A DNA stretch of 64,000 nt from Octopus sinensis (Eukaryota), in the NCBI RefSeq assembly GCF_006345805.1, contig NC_043000.1:118234001-118298000 (forward strand). The letters run 5' to 3'. A program made the translations under genes and the position numbers. How positions within the stretch are numbered: position 1 is the stretch's first letter; each line of letters starts with the position of its first letter. Shown piece after piece: positions 12,812-25,375 of the stretch. The notes under the pieces are model-generated. The model saw nothing but the letters and a program-made list of their open reading frames with translations, did no database searches and was not told where the DNA came from.

Positions 12812-13101
12812 AATTAACTGTTATCGCCAAGCTAATATGGCAGTCCATAAATATAAGACTAAAACTGCCGTTGATTAGCTCCAAGAGGCCATCGCCTCTA
12901 GCTAGCTATATGACACACGGACCAGTGTCCATTATAACCTTCAAGGGGAAGCGGCCGACCTCCCCTGTTCGAAGGTTATAACGGACACAGGTTCGTGTGT
13001 CATATAGCGAGCTAGAGGCGATGGCCTCTTGGAGCTAATCAACGGCAACTTTAGTCTTATATTTATGGACTGCCATATTAGCTTGGCGATAACTGTTAAT
13101 T
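12812..13101. repeat. About 290-bp foldback palindrome (MITE-like)
   Basis: AATTAACTGTTATCGCCAAGCTAATATGGCAGTCCATAAATATAAGACTAAA at the left is mirrored at 13050-13101; arms are near-perfect. Confidence 0.9.
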
Positions 13102-13630
13102 TCTAGTACCGCTGCCGTGGTCTCCTTTAAATAGACTTAGAAATTTTAATATTTAGATAAATTTCCTAATATATATATATATTAAGCATATATATAAAAT
13201 TTTAATTTAAGGGTTAATATGTAGCTGTAAATACCTTGCAACTGCTGCGATAATTATTGACTGCTAATTGACCAGCCACCTCATTGTTTTTTTTTGTTTT
13301 TTTTCTGTCAAGAGATTCACCTATGGCCGTTCATTATGTCAGTCAACACACTTATACTGACACACCATTCCGTTGTTGTGGCCGTAAAGACGTAATGTTG
13401 TTCACAATAGGATATACATTATCCATTTATTTCAAATATAATAGAAATAAGATGATCTCGGAATTAAAAGTGAAAGGATAAAAGTGAAACAATACTATAG
13501 TCTTATCACATTAGAATTAAAAGTGAAACAATATTGTTGCACATTACAATATAGACCTTATTTTTTCACTTTTGACACGTAACACCGAACCAGTCTAAAA
13601 CCCTATTCCGGGCCCGCATTAGGCAAGAAG

Positions 13631-13677
<47 letters not shown>

Positions 13678-13720
13678 CTTTTACTTGTTTCATTTGACTG
13701 CGGCCATGCTGGAGCACCGC

Positions 13721-13768
<48 letters not shown>

Positions 13769-15649
13769 GCAGGAGACTGAAAAATTTTCCAATCTCCTGT
13801 TTTGAGATGTAATTATTTCAGAAAATTTATTTTCCAGTATTTTTCAACTCTTATGCATGCCTCACAGAAGTATACCATTTATATACAATTTTTGGGCACT
13901 AGAATATGCAGAATAGTTTCATGGGGACACACCTTGGATCTACTTACATACTAAATATGCGTGCGTGCGCATCTTTGTGTTGCATCATCATGTCTATTTC
14001 GTCCGCATCACATACCCCCTATTCCTCCCATTCACTCTTGGCAACCCTGTCTCACTTATTCTTATTCACCTTGTACCCTGAAGGCCCACTTTGGCCTTGT
14101 TTGTATTTTATGTGATACGTAGAAGCCCAAAATTTCTCAACTTTAAACATGTATTTGTATATACTGCAATGATAATACACTCCACACAAAATGCCCAGTC
14201 TGAAGAATTACAGTATATCAAGTTTAACAACAAAACAAAGGAAAGAAAAGGGAAAAAAAGCTTTCCTTTATTTTTGCCAATAACGGGTATCTTTGCTAGT
14301 ATACATACCTTCATACATACTTATGTACAACACACACGCACACACTGATAGATTATATAGATAAGTTCAGGCACACAAACATTGACAGATAGATAGATAG
14401 AAAGAAAATATGTTAATTTGCTCGTCCATTCTCATAATTGGCCGAGATAGTAAGGCAAATCGTTTATGTTGATAAGTTAAATATTTAATAGGAGCGGTTA
14501 ATGTTTTCGGTATCAACAGAGAAATTCATGTCACGCTAGAATATATCAATTACACATGAATAAGATATTTACTTAAGATTTTTGCACAAGGCCAGCAATT
14601 TCGGGGAATTGGGTAAGTCAGTTACATCGATCCCAGTGCTCAACTGGTACTTATTTTATCGACCTCGAAAGGATGAAAGGCAAAGTTGACCTCGGTGGAA
14701 TTTGAACTGGAAAGGTGCAGACGGACGAAACGTCGCTGGGCATTTTGCCCGGAGTGCTAACGATTCTGCCAGCTCGCCGCCTTACATTTGAATAAAATAT
14801 TAAAAGGGATTCTTATTTCACCTGTTAATGTTTTTAACAAGATATTAAATAGTTACTGGAATAAAACAGCAAGCTGGTAGAATAATTAGCAAGCCGGACA
14901 GGATGCTTAGCGGCATTTCGCCCAGCTCTTTTACGTTCTGGGTTCAAATACCACCAAGATCGAATTTGTCGTTCATCCCTTCATGATCGATAAAACAAAT
15001 ATCAGTCGAGCAATGTGTCATTGTAATCGACTTCAGTTAGCCTAAAAAGTGCTGGCCTTGTGTCAAAATTAGAACAAGTTACTTAGTTGCTGGAATATAT
15101 GACATATTGGCTGAATCGGTAGAACGTCGTATAGAAAGCCTTGCACAGTACTTTGGCTCTCTACATGCTGGGTCCACATCTCGTGCTGGTCAACTTTACC
15201 TTTCAGATTTATTGGAGTCGATAAAATGAGGTACCAATCTAGAGCAATGGATTGCTGGAACTGGTAGGGCAACAGATGGGATACCATGTGTTTTCGTTGT
15301 AACGGACTTTGCCTTACATTTCCCTTGGGCAGAGGAAACTTGTATGCAAGGACAACTGCTCCTTTTACAAAAAATAAATCTTGACTAGGCTTGTGCATAT
15401 AGGTGCACATACGTGATACATGGTCAGCTCTGATCGACAGTGGTCATCGATATCAGAATTCGCATTTATTATTAAATATTAACTAGTGCAGTACCTGTGA
15501 AAAACGATGGAGATTATTTGTTTCCTATTAGTTTCGTTTCAAGTATTTATGGGTTTGTTTCAAATATTAATCTATTTTCTTCTTGCTTTTCATTTTCTCC
15601 TTTTTTTCGTATGCGTGTGTGCGCTTTTCAGTTTTTTTTTGTCTATATA

Positions 15650-16062
15650 TATTTTTTTATTGCCCAAGAGGCTAAACATAGAGGGGACAAACAAGGACAG
15701 ACAAACGGATTAAGTCAATTACATCTACCCCAGTGCGAAACTGGTACTATATTTATCGACCCCGAAAAGATGAAAGGCAAAGTCGACCTCGGCAGAATTT
15801 GAACTCAGAACGTAACGGCAGACGAAATACCTATTTCTTTACTACCCATAAGGGGCTAAGCATAGAGAGGACAAACAAGGACAGACAAACGGATTAAGTC
15901 GATTACATCGACCCCCAGTACGTAACTGATACTTAATGTATCGACCGCGAAAGGATGAAAGGCAAAGTCGACCTAAGCGGAATTTGAACTCAGAACGTAA
16001 CGGCAGACGAAATACCGCTCAGCATTTCGCCCGGCGCGCTAACGTGCCTGCCAGCTCCCACC
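15650..16062 (-). mobile_element. SINE family A, dimer
   Basis: Junction GACGAAATAC|CTATTTCTTT at 15830/15831; head at the 16020-16062 end. Confidence 0.88.
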
Positions 16063-16089
16063 CCTTGTCTGTCTATATAATCAAATCCT

Positions 16090-16324
16090 TGAAGGCGGCG
16101 AGCTGGCAGAAACGTTAGCACGCCGGGCGAAATGCGTTGCCGTATTTCGTCTGCCGTTACGTTCCGAGTTCAAATTCCGCCGAGATCGACTTTGCCTTTC
16201 ATCCTTCCGGGGTCGATAAATTAAGTACCAGTTACGCATTGGATTCGATGTAATCGACTTAATCCGTTTGTCTGTCCTTGTTTGTCTCCTCTGTGTTTAG
16301 CCCCTTGTGGGTAGTAAAGAAATA
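16090..16324 (+). mobile_element. SINE family A, monomer
   Basis: 16-bp TSD TATATAATCAAATCCT at 16074-16089 and 16325-16340. Confidence 0.9.
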
Positions 16325-16799
16325 TATATAATCAAATCCTGCTTCTGCCCTTGTTCTTAACTTCTTAACATTCCCCTCACACTTCAATAGCATCCATGCA
16401 TTTCTCTCTCTTTCTCTATCATTTTGTTACAACGTTATTGAGGCCGTCACAAAGAAAACTCACGATATCCTTAACATGCTTTAACTCTATACTTTCTCAC
16501 TCTGTCTATATTTAACCGTCTGCTTGCATAACTGTTTGTCTCACAAGCTGCAGACTCACACCTTCTCAGTCTCCTATATATATTTATCTAGGTCATCTAC
16601 CTTCATAATATGGCAAAAGATAAAACAAGCAGCATACAAAAAGGAACTTGATACGTCACTTTGCATTTTATATATCAATATTGTGTAAAACACTCCTGTG
16701 TCCATCTGTACATTTTAAAACGATAAAATATGCATGGAAGTTTTTCAAAGAGTGGTTTAAGGATGGATTTGTTTAATATATTATGATATTATTTATAGG

Positions 16800-17375
16800 C
16801 CTAGGAGTGGCTGTGTAGTACTTAGGGTTACTCCCAAGGTCTCCTGCTAGTTGGCTCGGTTGCTTACCAACCACATGGTTCTGGGTTCAGTTCCACTGCG
16901 AGGCACCTTGGGCAAGTGTCTTCTACTATAGCCTCTGCCGACCAAAGCTTTGTGAATGGATTTGGTTGGTGGAAACTGAAAGAATCCCGTCGTATATATG
17001 TATATGTATATATATATATAAAGTTAATCCAAACAAGAAAACACAAAAAAAACACAACAACGCGAGGACGTGGAACAAATATAGTATTATTGGACGCTCA
17101 GGAAAGAAGGGAAGAAGGAAGGTTTCGAGCGGAGCTCTTCACGGAAACATATATATATATACATATATATATGTGTGTGTGTGTGTTTGTGTGTCTGTGT
17201 TTGCCCCCCGCCCCCAACATCGCTCGACAACCAATGCTGGTGTGTTTACGTACTCGTAACTTAGCGGTTCCGCAAAAGAGACCGATAGAATAAGTACTAG
17301 GCTTCCAAAGAATAAGTCCCGGGGTCTATTTGCTCGACTAAAGGCGGTACTCCAGCATGGCCGCAGTCAAATGAG
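16800..17375 (+). mobile_element. tRNA-derived SINE family B with internal microsatellite
   Basis: Head GGAGTGGCTGTG..ACCAACCACATGGTTCTGGGTTCAGTTCCACTGCG, CCTTGGGCAAGTGTCTTCTACTATAGCC, a (TA)/(TG) spacer, tail ..CCAGCATGGCCGCAGTCAAATGA. Other copies near 7365, 8335, 36850, 41300, 51545, 53530 and 58900. Confidence 0.75.
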
Positions 17376-18086
17376 TGAATGTGAGCTCGTGTATTGAAAT
17401 ATACTTTGTATCTCGAGAGGGTCATTGTGCCAATAATAATAATCACACACATACTGATTCTATTTTACTTCTTTATTATTTTTTAAATTTTCACTTGGTT
17501 AGCCATTCGATAGTTTAATTAATCATTCGTTCAATCAATCAATCAGATTTGTCAAAGTTCTTTCGTCTCCATTCGCAACCTCATCAATTACGTGCTTCCA
17601 CCCTCCTCTTTCTCCCTCTCTTCCAGCACTGTATATCTGTCTCCTAGGTCCTTTCGCAAGAATTTTGGCAAACCTAACTAAATGTTTGATTGACCAAGCA
17701 ATTAGTCTAATTAAAATACAAAGAAGCAGAATAGAACCAATGCGTGTGTTTATTACTGGCGTAACGAACCTCCACAGATAAATCTCCATATTATTGTTAC
17801 GTGTGAATCGTAAAAGTAAGAAAAACAGTTTTAAAATGGTGATGTAAATTAGTAATGAGAAGAGCTGTAATGATTCAATAAATTAGCTAAAATAAGGGCA
17901 AACAAGGCATAACTTTTAAAGTCCCAAATAATAGAATGATTATACAGCAGTAAATGTTTGCATAGTTTTGTATTGTTTTACTTGTAACAAAAATATTAAA
18001 AATTGTTTTATATATATTTTATGCTTTACATATGTATTTATACTTTATACATAACTATTTTCATTTATACTTTATATATGGATTAT

Positions 18087-18388
18087 GTGGAGGCGCAATG
18101 GCCCAGTGGTTAGGGCAGCGGACTCGCGGTTGTAGGATCGCGGTTTCGATTCCCAGACCGGGCGATGTGAGTGTTTATTGAGCGAAAACACCTAAAGCTC
18201 CACGAGGCTCCGACAGGGTGTGGTGCCGATCCCAGCTGTACTCTTTCGCCACAACTTTCTCTCACTCTTTCTTCTGTTGGCCTGCTCGCTTAGCCAACGG
18301 GGTGGCATCATTTGAAGGCTAAAACAAGGCGAAGCGCATTGTGACCAGCGATGTGTAGCAACATCTGATAGCCTGGTCGGTCACGGTG
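18087..18388 (+). mobile_element. tRNA-derived SINE family C
   Basis: A-box TGGCCCAGTGG and B-box GGTTTCGATTCCC; 11-bp TSD ATATGGATTAT at 18076-18086 and 18389-18399; a related copy at about 46455-46750. Confidence 0.85.
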
Positions 18389-18926
18389 ATATGGATTATA
18401 TTTGTTTTCATTATACATCACTGTTTTCATAACTATTGACATAAACTTACAGCATTTAAAAAAAAATGAAATACTTTGTCGGCCTCTATGGGATTTAAGA
18501 AGTAAATTTTAAACATTCTCAATGCTAAGTCCTTTATTCGAAATGGCCCGACTGTCATTCTTTAAACGCGTCAGTACCAAAGTACTTAAAAGCATGTGTG
18601 ATTCGAATACCGTAACAGGAATTAAACAGAATGGCCAAGAACACTGGCTTTAAGGCTTAAAGTGCACCAGTTAATGATGTGTTTGGATGTGTTAAATCCT
18701 TGTTCTTTCTTATGATTTTAATATAAAGACATTCGTTTATTGTTCGCTAATTTCATTTTCATCAATGATGGTAGTAAACTCTCTTGTCAAAAATTATAAG
18801 GAACAGCGGGCGAGAACACATATCTTATGGAACAGGTATTGAGGTTGTTTAGCCTCAGGTCAGTCCTCATCCAACAGAACTACAATCTAGATCTGAAAAA
18901 TATATATTTCAGGTATAAAGTAGATA

Positions 18927-19188
18927 AAAAAAAAAATAAATGCACCCTTTGAAAGCCTAGCCAGGCTCATGGGCCCGGTTTCTCGGTTTCTATGGCGTAT
19001 GTGTTCCCCAGCTGGACAGGACGCCAGTCCATCGCGGCGTTACTCATTTTTGCCAGCTGAGTGGACTGGAGCAACGTGAAATGAAGTGTTTTGCTCAAGA
19101 ACACAACACGTCGCCCGGTCCAGGAATCGAAACCACAATCTTACGATCATGATGCTGACACCCTAACCACTAAGCCACGCAACTCCAC
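18927..19188 (-). mobile_element. tRNA-derived SINE family D
   Basis: A-box TGGCTTAGTGG, B-box GGTTTCGATTCC; 12-bp TSD ATAAAGTAGATA at 18915-18926 and 19189-19200. Confidence 0.88.
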
Positions 19189-19838
19189 ATAAAGTAGATA
19201 GGATTATATTTTCTACTGTGCCTCGATTCTTAAACGATAAGGTGTGATTTGAGGTTAATTTGGTGGCTGTTGTTAGGTGATCAGAAACAGCAGAAGATCA
19301 TTTTTTGCTTAGCTGTGGGGCGTAGTCTGCTATGAAACGATTAAACTTGCAAGCTGTTGTAACAATAGAAGATAAACATCCTTTGACATAAATCGACTTC
19401 GTCTACGAGAGAAAACGTTTTTATAGCTTTAACAGCAAACAATACAGGAGTTCAATTTTATGTGGAATGATTTCAATGTTTTATTGGTGTTCGGGTGTTG
19501 ATAATAACGTTACGTCAGTTCAAATCTGATTGTTTTGTATATACGTTTGTAGCTATAGGTGGTAGAATCGGTAGGGTGTCGGGCAGAACATTTCATGTAT
19601 ACGTTCTGATTTCGAATCCCACTCAGGTTGATGTTGCCTTTCGCATTTTATATTGATCAAGTAACATTTTAAGTACTGGAATCGATTTAATCGATTCTAT
19701 ACATGTAGTGTCACAGTAATTCCACTATCCAATTACTGAAACCGTTTACATGTCTATCTGCGCGCACGCGTGTGAATGGGGGGTGTCTGTGGAAGTGGAT
19801 ATGTGAGAGCGTGAGGGAGAGGAAGGGGTTGCAGGAGC

Positions 19839-20073
19839 TCATTTCTTTTACTACCCACAAGGGGCTAAACACAGAGAGGACAAACAAGGACAAACAAACG
19901 GATTAAGTCGATTATATCGACCCCACTGCGTAACTGGTACTTTTTTAATCGACTCCGAAAGAATGAAAGGCAAAGTCGACCTCGGCGGAATTTGAACTCA
20001 GAACGTAGTGATAGTCGAAATACTGCTGAGCATTTCGCCCGGCATGCTAACGTTTCTGCCAGCTCGCCGCCTT
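19839..20073 (-). mobile_element. SINE family A, monomer
   Basis: 16-bp TSD AAGGGGTTGCAGGAGC at 19823-19838 and 20074-20089. Confidence 0.9.
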
Positions 20074-20334
20074 AAGGGGTTGCAGGAGCCCGTGTGTATT
20101 TCAGTGAATGGGCGTGGTATGTTTACATGCGTTACAAGGCAATATGCAATACTGTCACCAATCAGCTTGCTGGAAATTGTCAGCAACTGACCCTCAAATC
20201 TCACCCAACCTTATTAAGAAAGGTAAGAACACATTACATAATATAGTCCTAGATACGTGTAAAAGAGGTTGATTGCAACTGGAATGCCTTTAATAAATAA
20301 TTCTGCATAATTGAATGTTAACATGGAACTAAAC

Positions 20335-20641
20335 TAGTGCTCTGTAACCAGTAAATTGCGGTACACGGGTGTATCACGAGACGATGCTAGGTGTGCCGCA
20401 GTGTAACTTGATTTTTTCCCTTCTATACTTTTACTTACATTTTTAGTTCAGGTGTGTCGCAGTGTAACTTGGAATTTTTTTCCCTCAATACTTTTAGTTA
20501 CGTTTTTAGTTCAGGTGTGCCGCAGTGTAACTTGGATTTTTTTCTCTCTATACTTTTAGTTACATTTTTAGTTCAGGTGTGCCGCAGAATTTTGAAAAGA
20601 ATATAAGTGTACAGCAAGTGAAAAAAGGTTGCGGAGCACTG
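20335..20641. mobile_element. hAT (Charlie-like) MITE with an internal tandem repeat of about 62 bp
   Basis: TIRs TAGTGCTCTGTAACC / GGTTGCGGAGCACTG; imperfect 8-bp TSD AACTAAAC/GGCTAAAC; about 3 copies of GGTGTGCCGCAGTGTAACTTG...TTTTAGTTCA. Confidence 0.7.
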
Positions 20642-21106
20642 GGCTAAACAATGCCAACATTAACAACACTGCTAAGCATTGCTGCTTAGCAGGTCTACTG
20701 AAAAGCCGAACTAAAATCATAAAAAGCCGAATTAAAATCATAAAAAAGTTAAAGAGAAGGGATTTGCAAAATTTACATTAAGACTTTTGTCATAAAGTTT
20801 GCATAACTCAGAATTATTATGCAAAATAATGCGGGTTTTATATTTTGTCTCAATTAAAACGTGAGCAGAATCTTCTGTATTAAACATATTCACAAACAGT
20901 CAATTGTCGCTTTTTGTATAATATCTAAACGTGTATGTTAGAAAATATTTTACTCTCTCAGTATTTTTGAATCGGTCGACTAATTCTTTTTACCTGTCAA
21001 AATGTTTATATCATTTTGAGCAATGAAAAATTTTAAAACCCTATTCATAACTGTCTTGTTTGTATGGGTCAACATTATCGTAATCTCAATATTAACGAGG
21101 TACTAA

Positions 21107-21850
21107 GGCGGCGAGCTGTCAGAAACGTTAGCACGCCAGGCGAAATGCGTAGCCGTATTTCGTCTGCCGCTACGTTCTGAGTTCAAATTCCGCCGAGGTC
21201 GACTTTGCCTTTCATCCTTTCGAGGTCAATAAATTAAGTACCAGTTACGCACTGGGATCGATGTAATCGACTTAATCCGTTTGTCTGTCCTTGTTTGTCC
21301 ACGCTGTGTTTAGCCCCTTGTGGGTAATAAAGAAATAGAAATAGGTATTTCGTCTGCCGTTACGTTCTGAGTTCAAATTCCGCCGAGGTCGACTTTACCT
21401 TTCATTCACTTGAAATGTAATGCCTTTATGTACAGGGAAGCTGCAATAATATTTATTTCTTTATTGTCCACAGGGAGCTAAACATAGACAGGACAAACAA
21501 GGCCAGACAAAGGGATTAAGTCGATTACATCGCCCCCAGTGCGAAACTGGTACTTATTTAATCGACCCCGAAAGGATGAAAAGCAAAATCGACCTCGGCG
21601 GAATTTGAAAACAGACAAAATACCTATTTCTTTACTACCCACAAGGGGCTAAACACAGAGAGGACAAACAAGGACAGACAAAGAGATTAAGTCGATTACA
21701 TCGATCCCAGTGCGTAACTGGTACTTATTTAATCGACCCCCGAAAGGATGAAAAGCAAAATCGACCTCGGCGGAATTTGAACTCAGAACGCAGCGGCAGA
21801 CGAAATACCGCTAAGCATTTCGCCTGGCGAGCTAACGATTCTGCCAGCTC
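21107..21850. mobile_element. Two family A SINE dimers, tail to tail (21107-21404 plus, 21454-21850 minus)
   Basis: Junctions AAATAG|GTATTTCGTC at about 21345 and ACAAAATAC|CTATTTC at about 21623. Confidence 0.82.
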
Positions 21851-22399
21851 TCAGTCCTAGGATATAATAATATTGAGAAAGCAGCATCCTTGTACATAAA
21901 GGCATTAAATTTCAAGTGAATTTAATATCTAAGAAATGTATTTCGTAGTTTCATTTACGGTCCAAAACTTACTCAAGGACTATATTCAATGTCGCGGAGC
22001 TGTTCTTTTTTTGCAAACAGAGCGGGAATATGTAAGTTATACTGATGGGGTGTTGGGGATGAAAGTCCAGCTGTTTCATCGATGGTAATTTGAAGCTCTC
22101 TGACGTGACATTAAAAACAATCGCCTTCTCGACATGCAAAAATAAATAGAAATGTCACATAAAATGCTAGCTGGCAATGTTACCTCTAAGGATTCAGACT
22201 TTTGTTCATAGGAGAGAAAAAGAGAAAGGGAGTATGTAGTGGCAACAATACATCTCCCCTCATGACCGCATTCAATCAAACCATGGGTGAAGGTGATCAA
22301 TCGTCAGTAGAAACTCCTTCACTTGAAGAAAGTAAGGATTCTCTATCAAACCCAATATTGTGTATTGTGAAGACGTAGAGGAGCGAACCATGGTCTTAG

Positions 22400-22990
22400 T
22401 CCTTCCCGTATAGTTGGCCTGCACATCGGGCAGCAAGATATCTCCAATTCTTCCCGGTTTTGAGTTAAGTTACCTGCATCTTCCCAGTTGATGTTATACT
22501 GCCTCAGGTCTTCTTTGAAGGTGGGGTATCATGCTTACTTGAGGCTCCCTGACTTCCTTCTTCCCTCTGCTGCTACCTATTGTATAGATGTCTTAGGTAT
22601 TAGGACATCATGTCTTCTTGAGGCTACCTTTCTTCCTTCGCCCCACCTACCTCCGCTAGCCATCCCATTATATAGCCATCCTGGGTACTCGTTCTTCTGC
22701 CAGGCGGAAAACATGACCTGCAAGTCTCACTCTTCTTTGTGCCACCATCTTCTGCAAGCTGTGCCGATTGTTTCTTCTCAGGACGTTGAAGTTTGTGATT
22801 CTGCTCCTGTCGATGATCTTAAGTAATCTGTAGAGACTACTGCTATTTTTTCTGGTCATCGTTTGTCCTGTGGAAAGCGATAAATGAACCAGCTGCCGGA
22901 ATAAAATGGACTGTGGACGATAGCGAAGGCAATGCGCTCCTGGCTGAGTCACGCTCAGTTCTCTAGCAAATGACGCTTGGCTGAAAAGGC
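22400..22990 (-). mobile_element. RTE-like LINE 3' fragment
   Basis: RITNFNVLRRNNRHSLQKMVAQRRVRLAGHVFRLAEERVPRMAI followed by TFKEDLRQYNINWEDA..L.QNR. Confidence 0.75.
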
Positions 22991-23027
22991 AGAGGAAGTA
23001 ATGCTCAGTTTTAAATGGTATAAGGCA

Positions 23028-23063
<36 letters not shown>

Positions 23064-23480
23064 CCTTTCTACTAAAGGCACAAGGCCTGAAATTTGTTTT
23101 GAGGTGATTATTCGATTACATCGACCCAGTGATTCACGTTGACCCCGTTTAATACAAGATGAGGGGTATGTCAGAAAAGAATTAGAAACATGTAATATAT
23201 CACCTTTTTTCTCGGAAACTTAACGTATGTTACACAGGCGAATGCGTGTGATATGCATGACTTAAGGCATACTGGAAGGGAAGTGATCTGTTGAATGACT
23301 ATAAGTGATTAAATTTAATTGCCATAAGCAAGACTAAATGTTCCAGCAATGCCATTAACTAATTTTTTTCCATTTTTTAAATACATGAACAAACTTAAAG
23401 CTAAGACAAAGTTACGGCCTCGCGAAACACATGTACGAAAACTTTACATATGATTGGGCACCACTAAGTAGTAGTAGTAT

Positions 23481-23553
<73 letters not shown>

Positions 23554-23699
23554 TAGTAGTAGTAGTAGTAGTAGTAGTAGTATGTAGGAAATGAGTTGGC
23601 ACTGGATGGGTGCTTCACAATTCCATACATAGTTCATGGAAGGAAAAGGCGAGGACAAGATCTCTCCGAACAAATAACAATAATAGTTTATTTCGCCTG

Positions 23700-23970
23700 A
23701 ATAAACATTTCATCTCTGGACATCGGTAACCTGGACGCTTTGGTGTGGCAGCAGCAGTGTTGGTAGTTAGGCACAAAAATACGAAGGCATTTTCACAGAC
23801 TCGCGACGTCGCTCGCCGTCGGAGCTGGTCTAAGTTGTGTCCTGTCTGGTCAGAAGCCGAGGCCGAAGAGAATGAATGGGTGGTCAAGCCTTGCTGCTGA
23901 TGATGATTACGCATAAGAGGCTTCCGTCAGATCACCGGATAGCTCTAATTCTATGCGCATGCGTGGATGA
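23700..23970. promoter_or_regulatory. Candidate promoter: GC/CpG-rich non-repeat island with NRF1-like and ETS-like motifs
   Basis: TGCGCATGCG at 23954-23963 and CTTCCG (CGGAAG on the minus strand) at 23921-23926, with many CpGs in an AT-rich background. No transcript evidence. Confidence 0.4.
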
Positions 23971-24345
23971 ATGTTTCACAATGGTATCTTGAACCAGGCG
24001 TCACTACAAGTAGTAGTAGTAGTAGTCTGAGAAAGATGGTTTGTACAGTTTCTTGCCGAACAACCTGCCTAACAAGGGATTTTTTTTATAGTGATCAAAT
24101 GTTTGTCCCCTATATTAGCTCACTCCCTCCATCATCACATCGACGTTGCCTGAACAGGTGTCGGAGTGATTGCAGAGCAACACGAGATGAAGTGCTTTGC
24201 TCAAGAACACAACGCACCATCCAGTCTAGGAATTGAAACCGCCATCTCACGATCGTGAATACGATAGCCTTAACACTAGGCCATACACCCTCACAATAAC
24301 TATAGGCATAAGGCCTGAAATTAATAATAACAATTATTATTATCA

Positions 24346-24690
24346 TTATTATTAACTGCGACTTAGCGAAGGCGGAGGTAATGTTTTCGGACGTGTTTGT
24401 TCGTTTGTTTCTCCATGGACAAGATATCTCAAGAATCGCTGGATAGATTCAAATGAAACACTCAGAGATGTTTGACCACGTGACTGGAACGAGCTGATTA
24501 GATTTTTGGACAAAAATTCTAGATTATTTTTACTTAATTTTTGAGAGCATTCATTTTCATTTTTAGTATTCTCTTTTGTGAGAGCAGTCGAGTTTATTTC
24601 AGACATTCTCATTTTAAAAATCATCTCTGGCTAATCGTTGAGAGGACGTTGGTGTCGCCTTGGTGGAGGTTTACGCTCTCTATGTGCTCG
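24346..24690. mobile_element. DINE/HINE-like (Helentron-associated) non-autonomous element
   Basis: Start ATTAACTGCGACTTAGCGAAGGCGGAGGTAATGTTTTC plus a GTTT repeat; end CGCCTTGGTGGAGGTTTACGCTCTCTATGTGCT. Family assigned from recalled architecture. Confidence 0.45.
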
Positions 24691-24774
24691 CTATAATTAT
24701 AGCAATGATTTCTTTTAATAATAATTCAAAGAATCACAGCACAGTACTTGACAGACCAGAATGATGAGCGATAT

Positions 24775-25160
24775 CTACTACGGCACTCCGTCGGTTACGA
24801 CGACGAGTGTTCCAGTTGATCCAATCAACGAAACAGCCTGCTCGTGAAATTAACGTGCAAATGGCTGAGCACTCCACATTCCCGTGTACCCTTAACGTTG
24901 TTCTCGGGGAGAATCAGTGAGACAAAGAGTGTGACAAGGCTGGCCCTTTGAAATACAGGTACAACAGAGACAGGAAGAACGAGTGGAAGAAGGTTGTGGT
25001 GAAGGAGTACAGCAGGGTTCGCCACCATCCCCTGCCGGAGCTTTGTGGAGCTTTAAGTGTTTTCATTCAATAAACACTCACAACGCCCGGTCTGGGAATC
25101 GAAACCGCAATTCTATGACCGCGAGTCCGCTACTCTAACTACTGGGCCATTGCACCTCCA
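24775..25160 (-). mobile_element. tRNA-derived SINE family E; second copy at about 47295-47600
   Basis: Head on the minus strand (GTGGAGGTGCAATGGCCCAGTAGTTAGAG..CGGTTTCGATTCCCAGACC); body CACTCCGTCGGTTACGACGACGAG shared by both copies. Confidence 0.7.
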
Positions 25161-25375
25161 CAGTGATAACTAATTTCAAATAGACGCGCGTGATCTTTTA
25201 AGCTATATATTGCTGAATAATTGTTTTGTTGGAGTTGACAGAGACAGAAAACGTTTATGCCTATCTTGACTGTATGTTGGGAATCTTAGTTGAAGACTTC
25301 AAATGCCATGAAAGACGTCGACAAAGCGGACAGTATCGAATGCTTGTGCAAGGTGGTGATCGCTGGAGCTAAATG

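Noticed and set aside
1408-17293. Many short ORFs rich in YI, CV, MY or HT, and ORFs such as RKDERQSRPRRNLNSER
   Set aside because: These are translations of microsatellites and SINE sequence, not genes.
18087-18165. tRNA genes at SINE heads (also 39055, 46455, 5302)
   Set aside because: A and B boxes are present but run into SINE bodies flanked by TSDs, with no canonical cloverleaf.
25255-25375. Possible exon ETENVYAYLDCMLGILVEDFKCHERRRQSGQYRMLVQGGDRWS
   Set aside because: Weak acceptor, no recognisable homology and no partner exons; cannot be supported.
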